Below, piece after piece: positions 12,913-25,767 of a DNA stretch of 64,000 nt. Source of the DNA: Podarcis vaucheri (Eukaryota); the NCBI GenBank assembly GCA_965113315.1, contig OZ220368.1; one strand, written 5' to 3'. The number at the start of each line of letters is the position of its first letter. Position 1 is the stretch's first letter. The translations under genes and the position numbers were made by a program. A model generated the notes under the pieces. The model did no database searches. It was not told the origin of the DNA and was given only the letters and a program-made list of their open reading frames with translations.

Positions 12913-12934
12913 TAAATACATGCAAAAGTGGCTT

Positions 12935-13000
12935 AAGAGGCTTGTGACACCTTTAAGACTAATGGATTGTGGTGTAAGCTTTCATGAACTTGAGTTTATT
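12935..13000. mobile_element. Penelope-like element terminal fragment
   Basis: cttgtgacacctttaagactaatggattgtggtgtaagctttcatg, the same motif as at 12500. Confidence 0.5.
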
Positions 13001-13436
13001 CTATTTTACAGACTATGACTGCAGCAACAGTGGAATGAAAGCAATTGGCATGGAAGCATTCTTGTTTAGTGACTGTTGACAGCATGGGCTTGGTTTCTCA
13101 GGTCTCTGTCCTTTGTTTCTTTCATGCGTTTTTTATATCAAGCAGCACCCACTAGTATCAAATAATCTTTCTTAGTCTATATTATGCGGTGTGTGTGCTC
13201 GCGCATGTGCCATTGTGCCCCGTCACCTCTCTGTTAATTATAATTTGTGCTCAATGTTAGGAATTACGTTTAGTTTATAATCCTGGACATACTACAGATT
13301 CCAGGTTCCTGGATTTTTCTACTAACTATAAAACTTTATAACACAAACATATTGAATATTAAATATGTGTGCATATGTAAATGAGGTACAACTTGCTGTA
13401 CTTAGGGCTAGCCCAGGGTATTTCCCCCCCCCCACA

Positions 13437-13570
13437 ATTATAACCTGCCTATTTTTCATCAAGAAACTCAAGGAAACTAACATGGTTTCCAAATGGTCAG
13501 CTATGCAGGCAAGGTTTCCTTAGCTTCCCCACATTGGTGGCCTTATGTGCCTTCTGATCATCCCTTGGGT
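13437..13570 (-). mobile_element. Second, more degenerate 5S-derived SINE copy
   Basis: Collinear with 9968-10133 (ttagcttc...ggtggcc..atgtgccttc; gaagctaag on the minus strand; same tail). Confidence 0.5.
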
Positions 13571-14479
13571 GCACAACAGTAGCTGAGGCATGGATGCTGA
13601 AGTACCAAAATCAAAGGCTAGCACATAATATTGCAGTCTTAACAACACAAGCATTAGATTCTTCTTTTGAACCAAGGTGAATTGCAGCCAGAATGAGGTG
13701 CTGTTTTAGGTGATACGTCTACTGATATTCATTTGCCTTGCTAAATCATAGTTAAAACTTTGGTGTTGAATTGGTAGCCCTGCACTACTGGTGGTATTTT
13801 AGTGGCATTTGGTCCTGTGCCAGAGTACATGCTCAGTTTAAAACAATTCTACACTTTACACAGAACGAGATAGTAGAGTCTGGAATTCCACCAGGCTACA
13901 GATAGGGGAACACTTTTTAATGCTTTCCCATGTAAAAACCTCCCTGCCTGTAGTAACCTAGCGCATCAGGATTTGGGCTATACTGAACCTTTCTCCCTAT
14001 AGTTCCAGTTTTTTGGCTGATGTACACTCTGAAAGTGCACAGTTGCCATCTATTCAGTGCCCGGTTAAAGAAGATGATGATGTGAAGAGAGAATTTGACA
14101 TGTATGTCTCCAAACATATACCCACAGAAGCACATTGGCCAGAAGGTATCCTACCCAGGCCAAGAAAGCTGACACCAATTTTTCTTTTTCAGATTACAGG
14201 TTTTTTCCATTATTTGAAATTCTTTGGCAACTAGAGATCTTGTGCAGGGGAGGGGGAGGGTATAAAAGAAAATAGAAGAAAATGCATGTAGCCACATGGA
14301 TTAATAGGGAGGGACAGGCAAGTGTGTCCAGATTCTGTTGTGCTTTAAGAACACAAAAAGTGGTGATGTGTTATAACATGTTTCTCTGCAGTTATAAATG
14401 ATTTTAAATTTGTGTTTACAATGATTATGATGATGAAGAAGAAAGCAGGTGTTGTTCTGATGTAGACAAAAGCACAATA

Positions 14480-14722
14480 CAGTGGTACGTCGGGTTAAGA
14501 ACTTAATTCGTTCTGGAGGTCTGTTCTTACCCTGAAACTGTTCTTAACCTGAGGTACCACTTTAGGTAATGGGGCCTGCCGCTCCCGCTGCGCCGCCGCC
14601 ACACAATTTCTGTTCTCATCCTGAAGCAAAGTTCTTAACCCGAGGTACTATTTCTGGGTTAGTGGAGTCTGTAACCTGAAGCGTCTGTAACCTGAAGCAT
14701 CTGTAACCCTGAGGTACCACTG
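14480..14722. mobile_element. Tc1/mariner-pogo (Tigger-like) MITE, family A
   Basis: TIRs CAGTGGTAC.TCGGGTTA / TAACCCTGAGGTACCACTG, TA on both sides, subterminal (ctgtaacctgaagc) repeats. Near-identical to 48784-49020. Confidence 0.9.
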
Positions 14723-15649
14723 TATTTTGTTGTAGAAAGCTAGATTCTGCAAATAACAATTAAATTGCAATGTAACCAGTGTTCTAGATCGCTAACCAGA
14801 CTCACATATTTTATAGTTCCCTGAACCAGTTCTTAGACTCAGTGCATTAGTCCAGATTGTCGGCTAACTCTTAATAAGGAATGATTCTAATTCAATGAAC
14901 TGTTGAGAACCCATAGACCTAGAGAGAATTCTCTTTGGAGTGTGTTTTGATCCGATGTATCGTCATGGTAGTGCCTAAATTACTTGACAGGGTGTCTTGT
15001 GAATGGAATTCGTAACTCAGGCTAATGCACTTTTAGAATATTCCATGGAGCCTATTTACACCCTCAGGCCGACAGGGTTCTTAATATTTTAATGTAGCAC
15101 TTTAATTGTAGGCTGTTAAAAGTATATGCTGTTCTGAGATACTGCAATTGTTTACTTTAATAGCACATATGGTAATTGAATTAATGACATATACATTAAA
15201 ATTGGCATTTTCCAGGTAGGCACTTTTTATTTTTATTTTTAAAACAGATGAAAGGCAATGCTGAACATTATTTTGGTTAAATCCCAAACAGCATATTGTT
15301 GTTGGTCTTTTTCAAAAATGGGTAAGTCTTAGCCCTGGAGTCAATCCCCTACCTCCCCCTATGAAGAAAAGTTTTAAAACATACCTCCAGAACTCAGGAG
15401 AGAGATAAAGACTTTTTAAGCATTTTAGAATCTTAATTAATCCATTAGCCTCTTTATGCATGGTTAGTGGGTTGAAGGAATGACTCGTAATTTTTAAGTA
15501 CTTGATACTAGGAATGCTACAGGGGGATATTGAGGGGTGACCAAGTCAACCTGCGGTGAGTTGTCATTTTCTATATAGTACCCTTTCCCAGCCTTTCATA
15601 TGAAATAGATGCTGCCGATGATTCCATTTCTTTCTGGTGTGGCTGTATT

Positions 15650-15843
15650 CAGTGGCGGAGGAACCCTCTCTGGCACCTGGGGCGGGATGCTGAGGGGCAT
15701 GCGTGGCATCCCATACTGACTGTGCGTGCCCTTGGCCGCTCTACAGCTGGGGGGAACTAGGGGCCATCTTGTCGTCATCGTCCCCCCAGAGTGGCACCCT
15801 GAGCGGACCGCCCCCTCCGCCCTCCCCACTTCATACGCCCCTG
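15650..15843. mobile_element. GC-rich hAT-type MITE
   Basis: Ends CAGTGGCGG / ACGCCCCTG. 8-bp TSD GCTGTATT (15642-49) / GCTGTGTT (15844-51). Confidence 0.75.
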
Positions 15844-16793
15844 GCTGTGTTAGTCTTAACAGGTTGGGTCAATATGTTTTAGAGAAATTTTTTTTACCCC
15901 AATACTCTGGGACAGGTATGTCCAGTGACAGAGGATGCTGCATCCACCAATACAGCAAGACATGTAAATTCAGGATGCATGGGGTGGTTCTCCATCTCTT
16001 TCTACACCTTTTGTCCCACCTCACCCCAGTGTCCCTCTTTTTTAAGCAGGGTTATGCTGTGGAGGTAACACTCTGAGATCTCTGCCTTCCAGCTGTAAAA
16101 CTGCAGGTTATATGATTGGAAGAGGAACAATGACAGTCCCAAATACAACTGCAGAGCACAGGTTACATAGACTTGTGCTGTGGAAGCTGGCCGTGGGAAG
16201 TTCTTTGTCTTTCTCTTGGCTCTTTGAGCCTAGAAGGTAGAAGGAGAGAGGCATGTTTGTATCTATTAATTTATTTTAAAGCATTAATATACTGCTTAAT
16301 ATTTTAAAAAATCTCTAAATTCTGAATGGTGCATTGCCATCGTGCAGCCCCATGCTCTTTAGTGGCTATATATGTGGTTCCATTCATGCATCTTTGGGAA
16401 GTCACCTGTTCATGTTGAGGCCTCCCCCCCCCCTCATCAGAGCAACCAAGTGATTCCACCCCTCCCCCAATAATCACCATCAGTTTATTTATATACCATG
16501 TTTTTGCAGATGTTTCTGCTGAAAGTGGTTCATTGAAAATAGACAGTCTAAATACAGTAGTACAATGACCATAATACATATTTAAAGATATAGCACTACA
16601 TCCTAACACTAACAATTCAACAATTAACAATTAATTTAAAAGATATCAAAAGAAAATTAAGAGAACATAATATTTACCAATAAGAATGGGTAATTTCGGC
16701 ATGGCATGGCAAGTGGAAACAGCCATCCTCTGATGGGAAACACAGTCTCTCTCTTTTATCAGAGTTCGCCTGACAACAAAATTAATTCAATTA

Positions 16794-16958
16794 CCGTATT
16801 TTTCTGTGTATAAGACTAGGTTTTTTCCCTAAAAAATAATGTCAAAAAATTGGGGGCGTCTTATACATGGATACATCTCCCCCCATTTTCTTAAACCGGA
16901 GTCCCCAAAATAGTGGGCGTCTTATACATGGTGGCGTCTTATGGACAGGAAAATACGG
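16794..16958. mobile_element. Tc1/mariner-pogo MITE, family C
   Basis: 23-bp TIRs CCGTATTTTTCTGTGTATAAGAC / GTCTTATGGACAGGAAAATACGG (3 mismatches). TA on the left, CA on the right. Internal ggcgtcttatacatgg repeats. Confidence 0.85.
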
Positions 16959-19900
16959 CAATTAACACAGTACAGGTGGGAGGGTGGATTAACCCCTTCT
17001 CCCCCATGCTGCTTTCTGGATATAAATTCTCCCAATTGATATATGTGCCCTGTGGAGGAATTGGTAGAGGCTCCTATGTGTTTCCACTTGGGCAAATGGC
17101 AGCTTCAGGGGGATTTAGAATGGTGTGAGGGAAGTTTAACATTCCCTCAAGGGCTGTGGCCCCAATCCCCTCCCCATGGATGCTTTTTAGGCTTACAAAA
17201 GAAAGCATGGGAGGGTATAGTCATGGAACTCCCACCATCTTGTCTAGTTTTGCCATAGAAGAAAAGGCTCTGATATCTATTGACAGCTGGTATCTTTCCC
17301 CACCTGAGGAAGACCCAGCCATCGTTTTGTCTCTTTACAGTAGCTGCTTTAGGGATTCTAGCTGGCCTGTGTTCTTGTTTTTGCCCACCACCTCCTCCTC
17401 TGTCTGTTCCCCAGAACCTTCCACTTCTGCTGGGTCATGCTCTGAATCTGGCAGGTCTAATTCTGCTCAAATTCTGTCCCTTGAATCAGCAGGCATTTCC
17501 ACCCAAAGCTATTTCTGCTGTTCTGTGTCTGTACCACTCTGAGTGCTTTGCATGCGTGCCCCATGCCTGCTTAGCATGAAGTGCACATTGGAAGGAAAGT
17601 AATTAAACATTAACTGTTTTAATAGTGTTTTGCTGTGGGTTTCTGTGTGTGTTTGGGGAGTTTCTGGGATGTTTCCAGGTACTTTTTTACCTAGGCATTT
17701 GAAAATAGCAGAGTGCCGCTTATTAGCAGCTGAGCGGAGGGATGTGGTGCACACTCATGTGCTCAGGAAGGCAAGGGGTGGATGGAGCTGGTGTCAGGGC
17801 AGCAATTGCTTATCATGCCTTATCTTGGAATATGAAACTGTATTGCATGACATCCAGAGGCAGGCTGAATAGATATGCCAATTCATCTCCAGCCTGGGCT
17901 TTGACAAGCTAGACTGCCCTTGTTGAAAGGCATCCGTCAAACGAGAGCTGCTGGCTGCTTTTTCCCTTTCTTAGACTTTCTCTCGCTCTCCTGCTCCAGC
18001 TCTTTTCCCCACCCCCCTTTTCCCCTCCCTTCCCAGCTTCCTCTTAAGCTTTTTCCACACAAAATTGAAAAGCTTTTGGAAATCAGAATAATACAGCTCC
18101 CCACAACTAATACCATTTTAAGTACCCCTCCCTCCCCCAAATAGAATTGATAAGGAGCCTAGTGTATGAAGGCATGTTTAGATAACATTGAGAATATTAT
18201 AGTGAGTGAAGGGAAGAAGGGTCCCCCCCTTTTTTCCCTCCCCCTCCTACGCCGTGTCTCTAAGCCGGGGAAGGCGACAGCACCCTGGCTAATACGAGTG
18301 TTTAATATTTGATGTGTTGGGATAAAGCAGGATCACCTTCGAATTGAATTGAGTGTCAGAATGAGAATCTATTACTGAAATTTTTGTGTGATTTGACAGC
18401 AAAGCAGACGATGTTATTCTTCACTAGTTACTGCAATCTTCTCTCCTACATCACTTAAATATTTTTTTCTTTGCTTGAGTAAACACACATTATGCTTTTT
18501 TTTTATCCCTCTCTTCCTTTTTTCTGATCCTTTTTTTAAAATCAAACCTGCCTTCCTGGGTCTGATGGAGTTTATTGTTATTTCTTTATTTGTCCTATTA
18601 AATGGAATTTCTGATAGTTTAATCCTGCTTTTGTAAGTGATTTAAAAAATACTCGAATAGTTGTGAATGTAGCAGCACCTCTGTTTAAAGTGCTTAAAAG
18701 GGAACATACTTGGTGTATGTAGAGCTGGGCATGGAAGGCTGTACATGCCTTTCTGACTGAGATGGGTAGGCTGTGTGAGAAATCTTGTTTATGTACAAAG
18801 TTTGCTAGCATCCTAGAGAGTGGGCAGAGAGGGCATTGTAGAATTTTCTTTTCAGCTGGCTTTGTTGCAAGGCTTATATTATACAGCCCCAGAGTTACCT
18901 GAACATGGGAATCTTGATGATTGGAATTGTTACTTGGATGTACTTAGTGCCTTCTTAGCTACATTATTTATTGGAGAATGGGTTGATGAGCCCCATACAC
19001 CAAACCTCTGAGCTGCTGGTTCTTTTTAAGACATTTCTTTGTTTGCAACCAGATTTTTCAGTTTGTGCAGTAGGGAATGTTTCTCACAAGAGCAGAACCT
19101 TAAGGGTCCTAACCTGGGATCAGTCTCTTTGAAAGATGTGAGAAATTTAGAATAAGGGGCATTAAATGAATAATTACCATTTAAGTGAAAATGTACACAT
19201 ATCTTTGAAGTGTTCTAGCTGCTTGCTTTCTTATGAACGCTGTTCTCTTCCATTCAGAATGTTTTACTTGTTTTATATTTGTAATAGTTCGATCTGTTTT
19301 TATAAATGTTTACTGTATTATGTTGTTGTATCATTTCCTAAGACTTTACGTTGAAAGGCAGGTAAGAAATCTTATAAATAAATATACATACACGTGTCAA
19401 AATAAAAGACCTGTGCCATTATGTTGATGATACTACTTAAATGGTTGTTTTTGAGGCATTAAGCAAAGATGATTAGTTGTAAGGAATATCTGCAGACCTT
19501 TCCACAATCATTTGCATGATCTAAATGTTCATGTCATATCCTCTGTCTTTGTAATGAAGCTCCCACTTCATAACACTAAGTCCTACACTAAGGTTGTAGG
19601 TTTGAACAAGTGCCTGATGGCCAGCGTGGCCCATCCTCATCCATTGAGGTGTGACCTAATATATCCCTTAACACAGTGCTAGCCATACATTTTCAGATTT
19701 AAGACCACAGCAAAGTGAAATTCTTCCATGTTTTTTTCTATTGTACTATATTCAGCTGTTCTTCTCAATTATCACACTTGCATACAGTTTCTAGTTCAGA
19801 GCAAGGTCTTGGAGACTATATTCAAAGTCCCTTGTATGTGTCTGCAGTTCCCAAGAAAAAATTACTACCTAAACAGTAGCAGATGGCATGATAGGGTTAT

Positions 19901-20029
19901 GGTGCTTACCTAACCTCCCAACAGCTGAGTTGCTGCAGTTTATTGGGAGGATAGAGTGGAGGTTGTTGTGATGCAAATGCACCAAGGAGCCAACACAGCA
20001 CTCCTGCTGGTGTTTGCACCACGTGACTT

Positions 20030-20140
20030 AGTCATGCTGGCCACATGACCCGGAAGCTGTCTGCGGACAAACGCCGGCTTCCTTGGCCTATAGAGTGAGA
20101 TGAGCGCCGCAATCTCAGAGTCGTCCGTGACTGGACCTAA
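20030..20140 (+). mobile_element. 3' fragment of a Sauria SINE (or related RTE 3' end)
   Basis: gtcatgctggccacatgacccggaagctgtct...gagatgagcgc...gactggacc aligns to the 3' half of 9505-9871. Confidence 0.8.
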
Positions 20141-23100
20141 CCTTCTAACTACCTTGCCTCTCCTCTGTCCTTCCTTGTAAGCAGCAGCAACCCAGCTGTT
20201 GGTGGTCAGGTGAGTGCCATTGTCCCACCATGCAGTCCGCTACTGCACCTGACCTTGGAACCAGTTTGCTTCTCTTTGCAGGTCCTGTTGTTTGCCATGT
20301 AGCCTCTTCTCAACTGGAAGTTCTAAGCTTCTTGAGAAGAAGACTGCATAGATATATTTTGTTTATGACTGATTTGAAGGAATTTTCTTCCAAAACATAT
20401 TGGCTAGCAATTTCCCAAGAAAGTGGAAGTTGCCTATCTGTTTCATATATGGGATCTTAATTTCCTGCAGCTGTTTGCTTTACATGCACTTTTAATTAGC
20501 CAACTCTTTGATTGTGTCATGCTGTGCTCTATGTATCGTGTGTGATGGTGGTTGGGAGAGTGCTTGCCCTCCTTTGCAATAGGACAGAGGACATGCTGCT
20601 TTTGGGTACCTTTCACTGAACTGAGTGTTGAATAAATTCAACAATGCACTTCATTATAGAAGGCAAAGGGAGAGAAAATGTGGATCGGCCCCCTTTCCAG
20701 ATTAGAAATGTGATGGAGGTGATAGGGAGCTGTAGTACTAGGATGCAAAGTTGTGGGGAGGGCTAGACAACTAAATGGTGATGAGAATTTGATGTTGTTT
20801 GCATCTTGAGCTCTTTTATTTTGGATAGATCAGTCTGGCTCCTGTTTTTTCTTTCTTTCTTGCTATCACATGGATTAGAATTACCACGTCACATGCTAAG
20901 CTGTTTTTGGAAGAGTGGTGAAAAGGCTATGATTTCCATGAGTCAAGACACCTAGTCTGTCTTGCACCCATTTTTTACCAGTTTACCACAGAAAGTTAGA
21001 TTTGAGCTCTCACTCCCAGATAACAGCACTGCTGGATTGGGTCCAAATTGTTCAAATATTGTAAATAGCTTGAATAGTAGACTATATCCTTAACAGGTCA
21101 CTTGTAAAGAAAATTGCAAGCATACCTGAAATGTGCAGATATGTCTTTTGTAAATAGTCTTGTCAACATCATACAAGATTTGGGGAGGATGCAGAGAATG
21201 CATTTTCTATTGAAAATGAAATGCCTGTTCCTTAGGCAAGTCAAAAGGCACACTGGACATAAGATTCAGTTTGAAATGTATTTGCAGCTGGGCTGTCTTA
21301 TGAAGGGCTGGGTGCCCAAAACCAGATACTCATTTTGTAGAGTGCCGAATCCTTCCTGTGCCTCAATTTTCCTCTGTGTCTGCCCCTATGATGGGGCTTT
21401 CACTAATAACAAGGCTTGGTTTGCATTTGGTGTGGTTATGCTGCCTCCCAGAGCTGTTGAGAAAATATTGGACAATGCCTACCATTTGTGCAGAGGAACT
21501 TTCCTGATGGCATGTGCACAAACATATTAACTAACATCTCCATTTCTGGACAGGGGGCACAATCTCACACTTTGGAAGAAGGAATGAAAGAACTGCAGCA
21601 TGCAAATGTACAATGGTCACAAGTGTCCTTTGGAGAGAGTACTGTACCCAGGAAAATATCCCCTTAGCTAACCTGGAGGCTCTGCTACATCCTAATAGGA
21701 TTCTACAATGGATAAATGAGTTCATAAAATAAAGAGGTCCTGTTAAAATCTAATATTAATTGAGGTGTTTACATGACAATAAAAATAGAATCAAGGGAGA
21801 CCCGTGTTGTGCTTGCACTTCTCCACTGCCATGTGCAAGTGGAGGGCAGACCAGACTATTTTCCCTTTTATGTTTTTAAGCCTTTCCTGATACCACTGTG
21901 GGCTGGTAGCATTAATTTAAATAGGGCTCCAGGAAATATATAGAAATCTAGTATATTTTGAAATTTGCAGTAAAATCGTGAGATCTATTTCTCTAAAGCT
22001 GAAATTCCTTTCATTATTAATGGCTGTGGGTGAAACTAAGCAAACTACAGGCACTGGGGTATACCTGTTCCTTTCTGTGCCTCCCTGCCCCAGTCCTTTT
22101 CTGAAGCCTGGATGATGAATCGTTAGTTGGGTTATTTGACTCTGTCTCTCCTCCACTCACAGTACATGGGATTTCCTGTTACGGGGTGTATACCCAGAGA
22201 GAGCGCTTTCTTTTTACATCTCCCCCTTTCATCCGTCTTGCCCCTTAGATGGTCTGGGAAGCCCCAGTGGCAGCCGCTGTGAAGCCCTTTCCATCCTGCT
22301 TTAATAGAGGCTTTAACAGTCAGAAGAAGAACTTTCCTGTTTAAAGATTAAACGTTGTGTTTAAATATTAAACAGCCATGCTCCTGTCTCCTGATTGCTT
22401 GGCCGCTGCCAGCAGGCGGCTCAGAATTGCCCATTTTAATTAAAAACTTTATTTTCAAATACAATTCACTGGTCACACATCTCCGCGCGCAGCTCCTGCC
22501 TCCCCTCCCTGTTTTCTACTCGGCGCAGACTGGGGCAGCATCCCCTTCTCAAGTGGCATGTTTTGCTTTCTGTCTCTCATTCTTAGCTCCTTCGTTTCCG
22601 TCTGCCTGTACCAAAGTGACAGCCTATGTGAGGCCCCAAGTGTGAGTGGCTTCGTCAAGGGCTGATCAATGCCCCTGGCACTTCCTTCCAAAACCCCAGG
22701 AAAAACAATTAAAACCCAATCGATCCTGCAGGCAGCTGTGAATATGCATAAGGGCACACTTGACCTTCAGTGCTCAGGCCACCTTCCATGCTGCCTCTTT
22801 AACAAGTTTGCTCAGGTATTCCTGCCGTTCTCAACGACCTTGATGAGCAAAGCAGAATGTGATGCAAAGAAAAGCCCAGTTGTGGTCTTGATCCTGACTT
22901 CGGGGCTCAGATGTAAGCCTTAGAAGACTGGCTCTTCCATATAAGCTGATAGACCTAGAGAATGTGAAGTGGGGCTGTATTGTACATGCTTTATCTATCT
23001 GAGGATCCAGGCCCAACACCCAGCAATTCCTGTTATGGGACCTGGGGGGAAATCTTGACCTGGAGCCTCAGTGAGCTGCTATCAACAGGCTTTGACACCC

Positions 23101-23297
23101 TCTGATGTCAGCCTGGATTTTGTTTAGGTGACAATTTCTGTTCATTAAGGTTCAGGGTCATTTAATGCACGTGTTTCTTAGGCCACATAAGTGTGAATAT
23201 GCACACACGTGTGTAGGACACAACTGAACAAGGTGTTAGAATCCTGAGGTGGCAGAGGGTACTTGCAGTATGTCAAGCCACAATTAGGAGATTCAAG

Positions 23298-23445
23298 TTT
23301 TGAATGCTCTTTCACATGAGCAAAAGCACCTCTTCATTTAACTAAAGGAACTAGCACATCAGGGAAAACTACTTTTCCTGATTTGCTACTTTTCTGCTCG
23401 CAGGGAGGTGGTGCTTTTACACAGATCACATTTTTGAATGCTCCC
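23298..23445. mobile_element. Degenerate palindromic element
   Basis: Inner arms tagcacatcagggaaaa / ttttcctgatttgcta, outer arms aaaagcacc / ggtgctttt, bracketed by ttttgaatgctc direct repeats. Confidence 0.45.
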
Positions 23446-24061
23446 CTATCTACAGCTTGAAGTGGGATAGTCCATTTTACCTCTTCTTTACTGCATTATT
23501 CTATGCAATGTAGAGATGAGGCTTCCATTTCAGATTAGCACAATTTCCCATGCATCATATTGATACCACTTCTTTTTTCATATGATGCAATTAGTCCAGC
23601 AAAGTATTGATGCACCCATGCCGTACAGAGAGTGAGGCAATTTGCCTTTATGTGTAAGGAAGAAGTATTATTATAAAACATCTATATGATCATTTGTGAA
23701 GAACATGCATGAAGGAAACATGCAGTGAAATAGACACTTGTATTCTTTATAGTGTATACATTTTGTGTGTGATATTCCATGCACAGAAGTATGCAGAACT
23801 ATATAAGCAAAGTGTAATGTGTGAAGTGCTTCTGAGTCTCAAATTCTTGGTAACTTTTGCACAGTACTTAGCAAGTGGAGCCTAATTTTGCTGGCTGCTT
23901 CTTGGATGAGGCTGAGAGAGTTCTGAGAGTTCTACCATTTCACCTTCTTGGCTAAGCTTTCTGTCCCTTTGTTGAAGATTACATTTTCCAATGTACCGGT
24001 ATCTTCCACTAACTTGCTTGCACGACTTTCCTTTCTGGCACCTTCCAAATATAAGTTAAAG

Positions 24062-24075
24062 CCAGGAGGGGGCAC
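24062..24075 (+). promoter_or_regulatory. Possible CTCF site
   Basis: CCAGGAGGGGGCAC, one mismatch to CCASYAGRKGGCRS. Motif match only. Confidence 0.3.
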
Positions 24076-24829
24076 CACTGTGCCTATTTAAAAAGAGCTG
24101 AGCTGCTTTTCCCTCCTGGTATTATGGTGGAACAGCTCCCCCCATCCAAATAATAAAAAAGAGAAGTTTCTTGCTGCATGGCAGGGGATGGAGGGATGAA
24201 GTACAGCTCAACAGAAGAGGAAGAAAACCAGAAGTTCAGTCTCCCTTGTGGGTAATAGACCAGATCCTGGGCCAGAGTGATTTGAATGAGTAATAAAGAT
24301 ATCACTGCGTATTTGTCAAAGGCGAAGGAAACCTCTCTATTGTGTACACAGGGATGTAATTTCAGTGAATTATGCATAGACTTAATTAGGAGTTTTAATT
24401 GCTAATCATCTCCCAATAGGATTAGCAGTGTTGTCTATTAATTACCTGTGGAGCCCCTGTGTTTTGCTAAGGCAGGAGTAACAAAGCAGCATAAATGGCT
24501 ACATACGTGGCAATAAATTAACTACCCAAAACCCTGTGATGGAACTCCAGGGACATCTCAGCAGTGGCACTGATTGGTGGGGAGGGGCCTTAAATACACT
24601 GGCTTTGAAAGAGAGAGTTTGCTAGTCAGGAGAGCTGTAGGTGGTACAGCAGGAGTCTCCTAGCTCTGTATCTGTGTGGCTATTGGGACTGTAAATGCTT
24701 TCCTTGGGGTGTTCACTCCTTGCTTCCCTTGCAGTGACTGCCTCATAAAGGATGCTTTTCCAAAAACTTCTGTGAGTAGAATACTTGAGTGCCAAAGCAG
24801 TCAGCTTTGCATGCCCTTAAAATGGGAAT

Positions 24830-25700
24830 AAGATAATTAGAAATGATCTGCTAGATCAGACCAAGAGCCTATCAAAGCCAGCATCTTAGTAAGGATCTGC
24901 CCCACCCAATAAGGGCTGACTTCTGTGTTTCTGACTCACTGCTGGGCTTATTTGTAAGGGGTCACCACTGGCGGCTAGTCATCAAAGGAATGACACCAAA
25001 TGGAGGTTCGCCTTCAGGGGACCCACTAGGAGGGTGATAAATGGGCAAGGGTCACTTTAGCCATATTTAATAATTGTACTGAGACAGTTTTATTTTTATT
25101 TTATTGTGTGTGTGTGTGTGTGTGTGTGTGTTTTAACTGGTCAATAGTCTAGATGATATTAATAGTGACCTTCCAGAGGACTCTGGGAAGCCCCCTAGAA
25201 GTCATGAGTCTTCCCACACTGTATGCCTTCCAAGGTACCCTGCCTCTAAACATTGAGATTCCACTTAGCTACCATGACAAATAGCTTTTGATAGACCTGT
25301 TCTTCCACTGAATTTATCTAGTCCTTTTAAAAAGCCATGTATGGTAGTGGCCATTGCTACATACCATGCCAGTAAATTGCCTAAGGTAGTTTTGTTTTAG
25401 GTGAAATAGTACTTCGTTTTGTCTGCTCTGAATCTGCTGCTGATCAATTTCATTTGGCAACCCTGAGTCCTAATATTAAGAGAGAAAGAGAAAAATCTCT
25501 ATCCATCCTCTCTGTGTCATTAGTAATCTTATAAAGCTCCTATCATGGCTCCCTTTAGTTGTCTTTTTTCTGAACTAAAAAGCTCCAAAGGCTTTACTAA
25601 TAGAGAATGTGCTCCAGCACTTGATCATTTTTGTTGCAGTTTTTTCTGTGTTTTTCAGATGGGATGTACAGAACTCTACACATTCCATTTGGATGTGTAG
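24830..25700 (-). mobile_element. Old CR1 LINE 3' fragment, with its 3' UTR interrupted by about 270 bp of unrelated sequence including (TG)n
   Basis: ctgctagatcagaccaagagcc..gccagcatc 3' UTR motif, followed by gaatttatctagtccttttaaaaagcc...ggccattgctacat and ttgatcatttttgttgc...cagaactctacacattcc, typical antisense CR1 ORF2-end text. Confidence 0.7.
25105..25130. repeat. (TG)n microsatellite
   Basis: Read directly. Confidence 0.95.
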
Positions 25701-25767
25701 AGTTCTCCACTCTGCACTGCATGTGGAGTTGGAGTTTTCAGTGAACTGTGTACAGTGGAGATTAATT

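Noticed and set aside
17300-17460. Minus-strand acidic peptide DLPDSEHDPAEVEGSGEQTEEEVV...
   Set aside because: There is an upstream stop and no acceptor, and it is antisense to ERI3. It resembles the purine-rich text of old LTR fragments.
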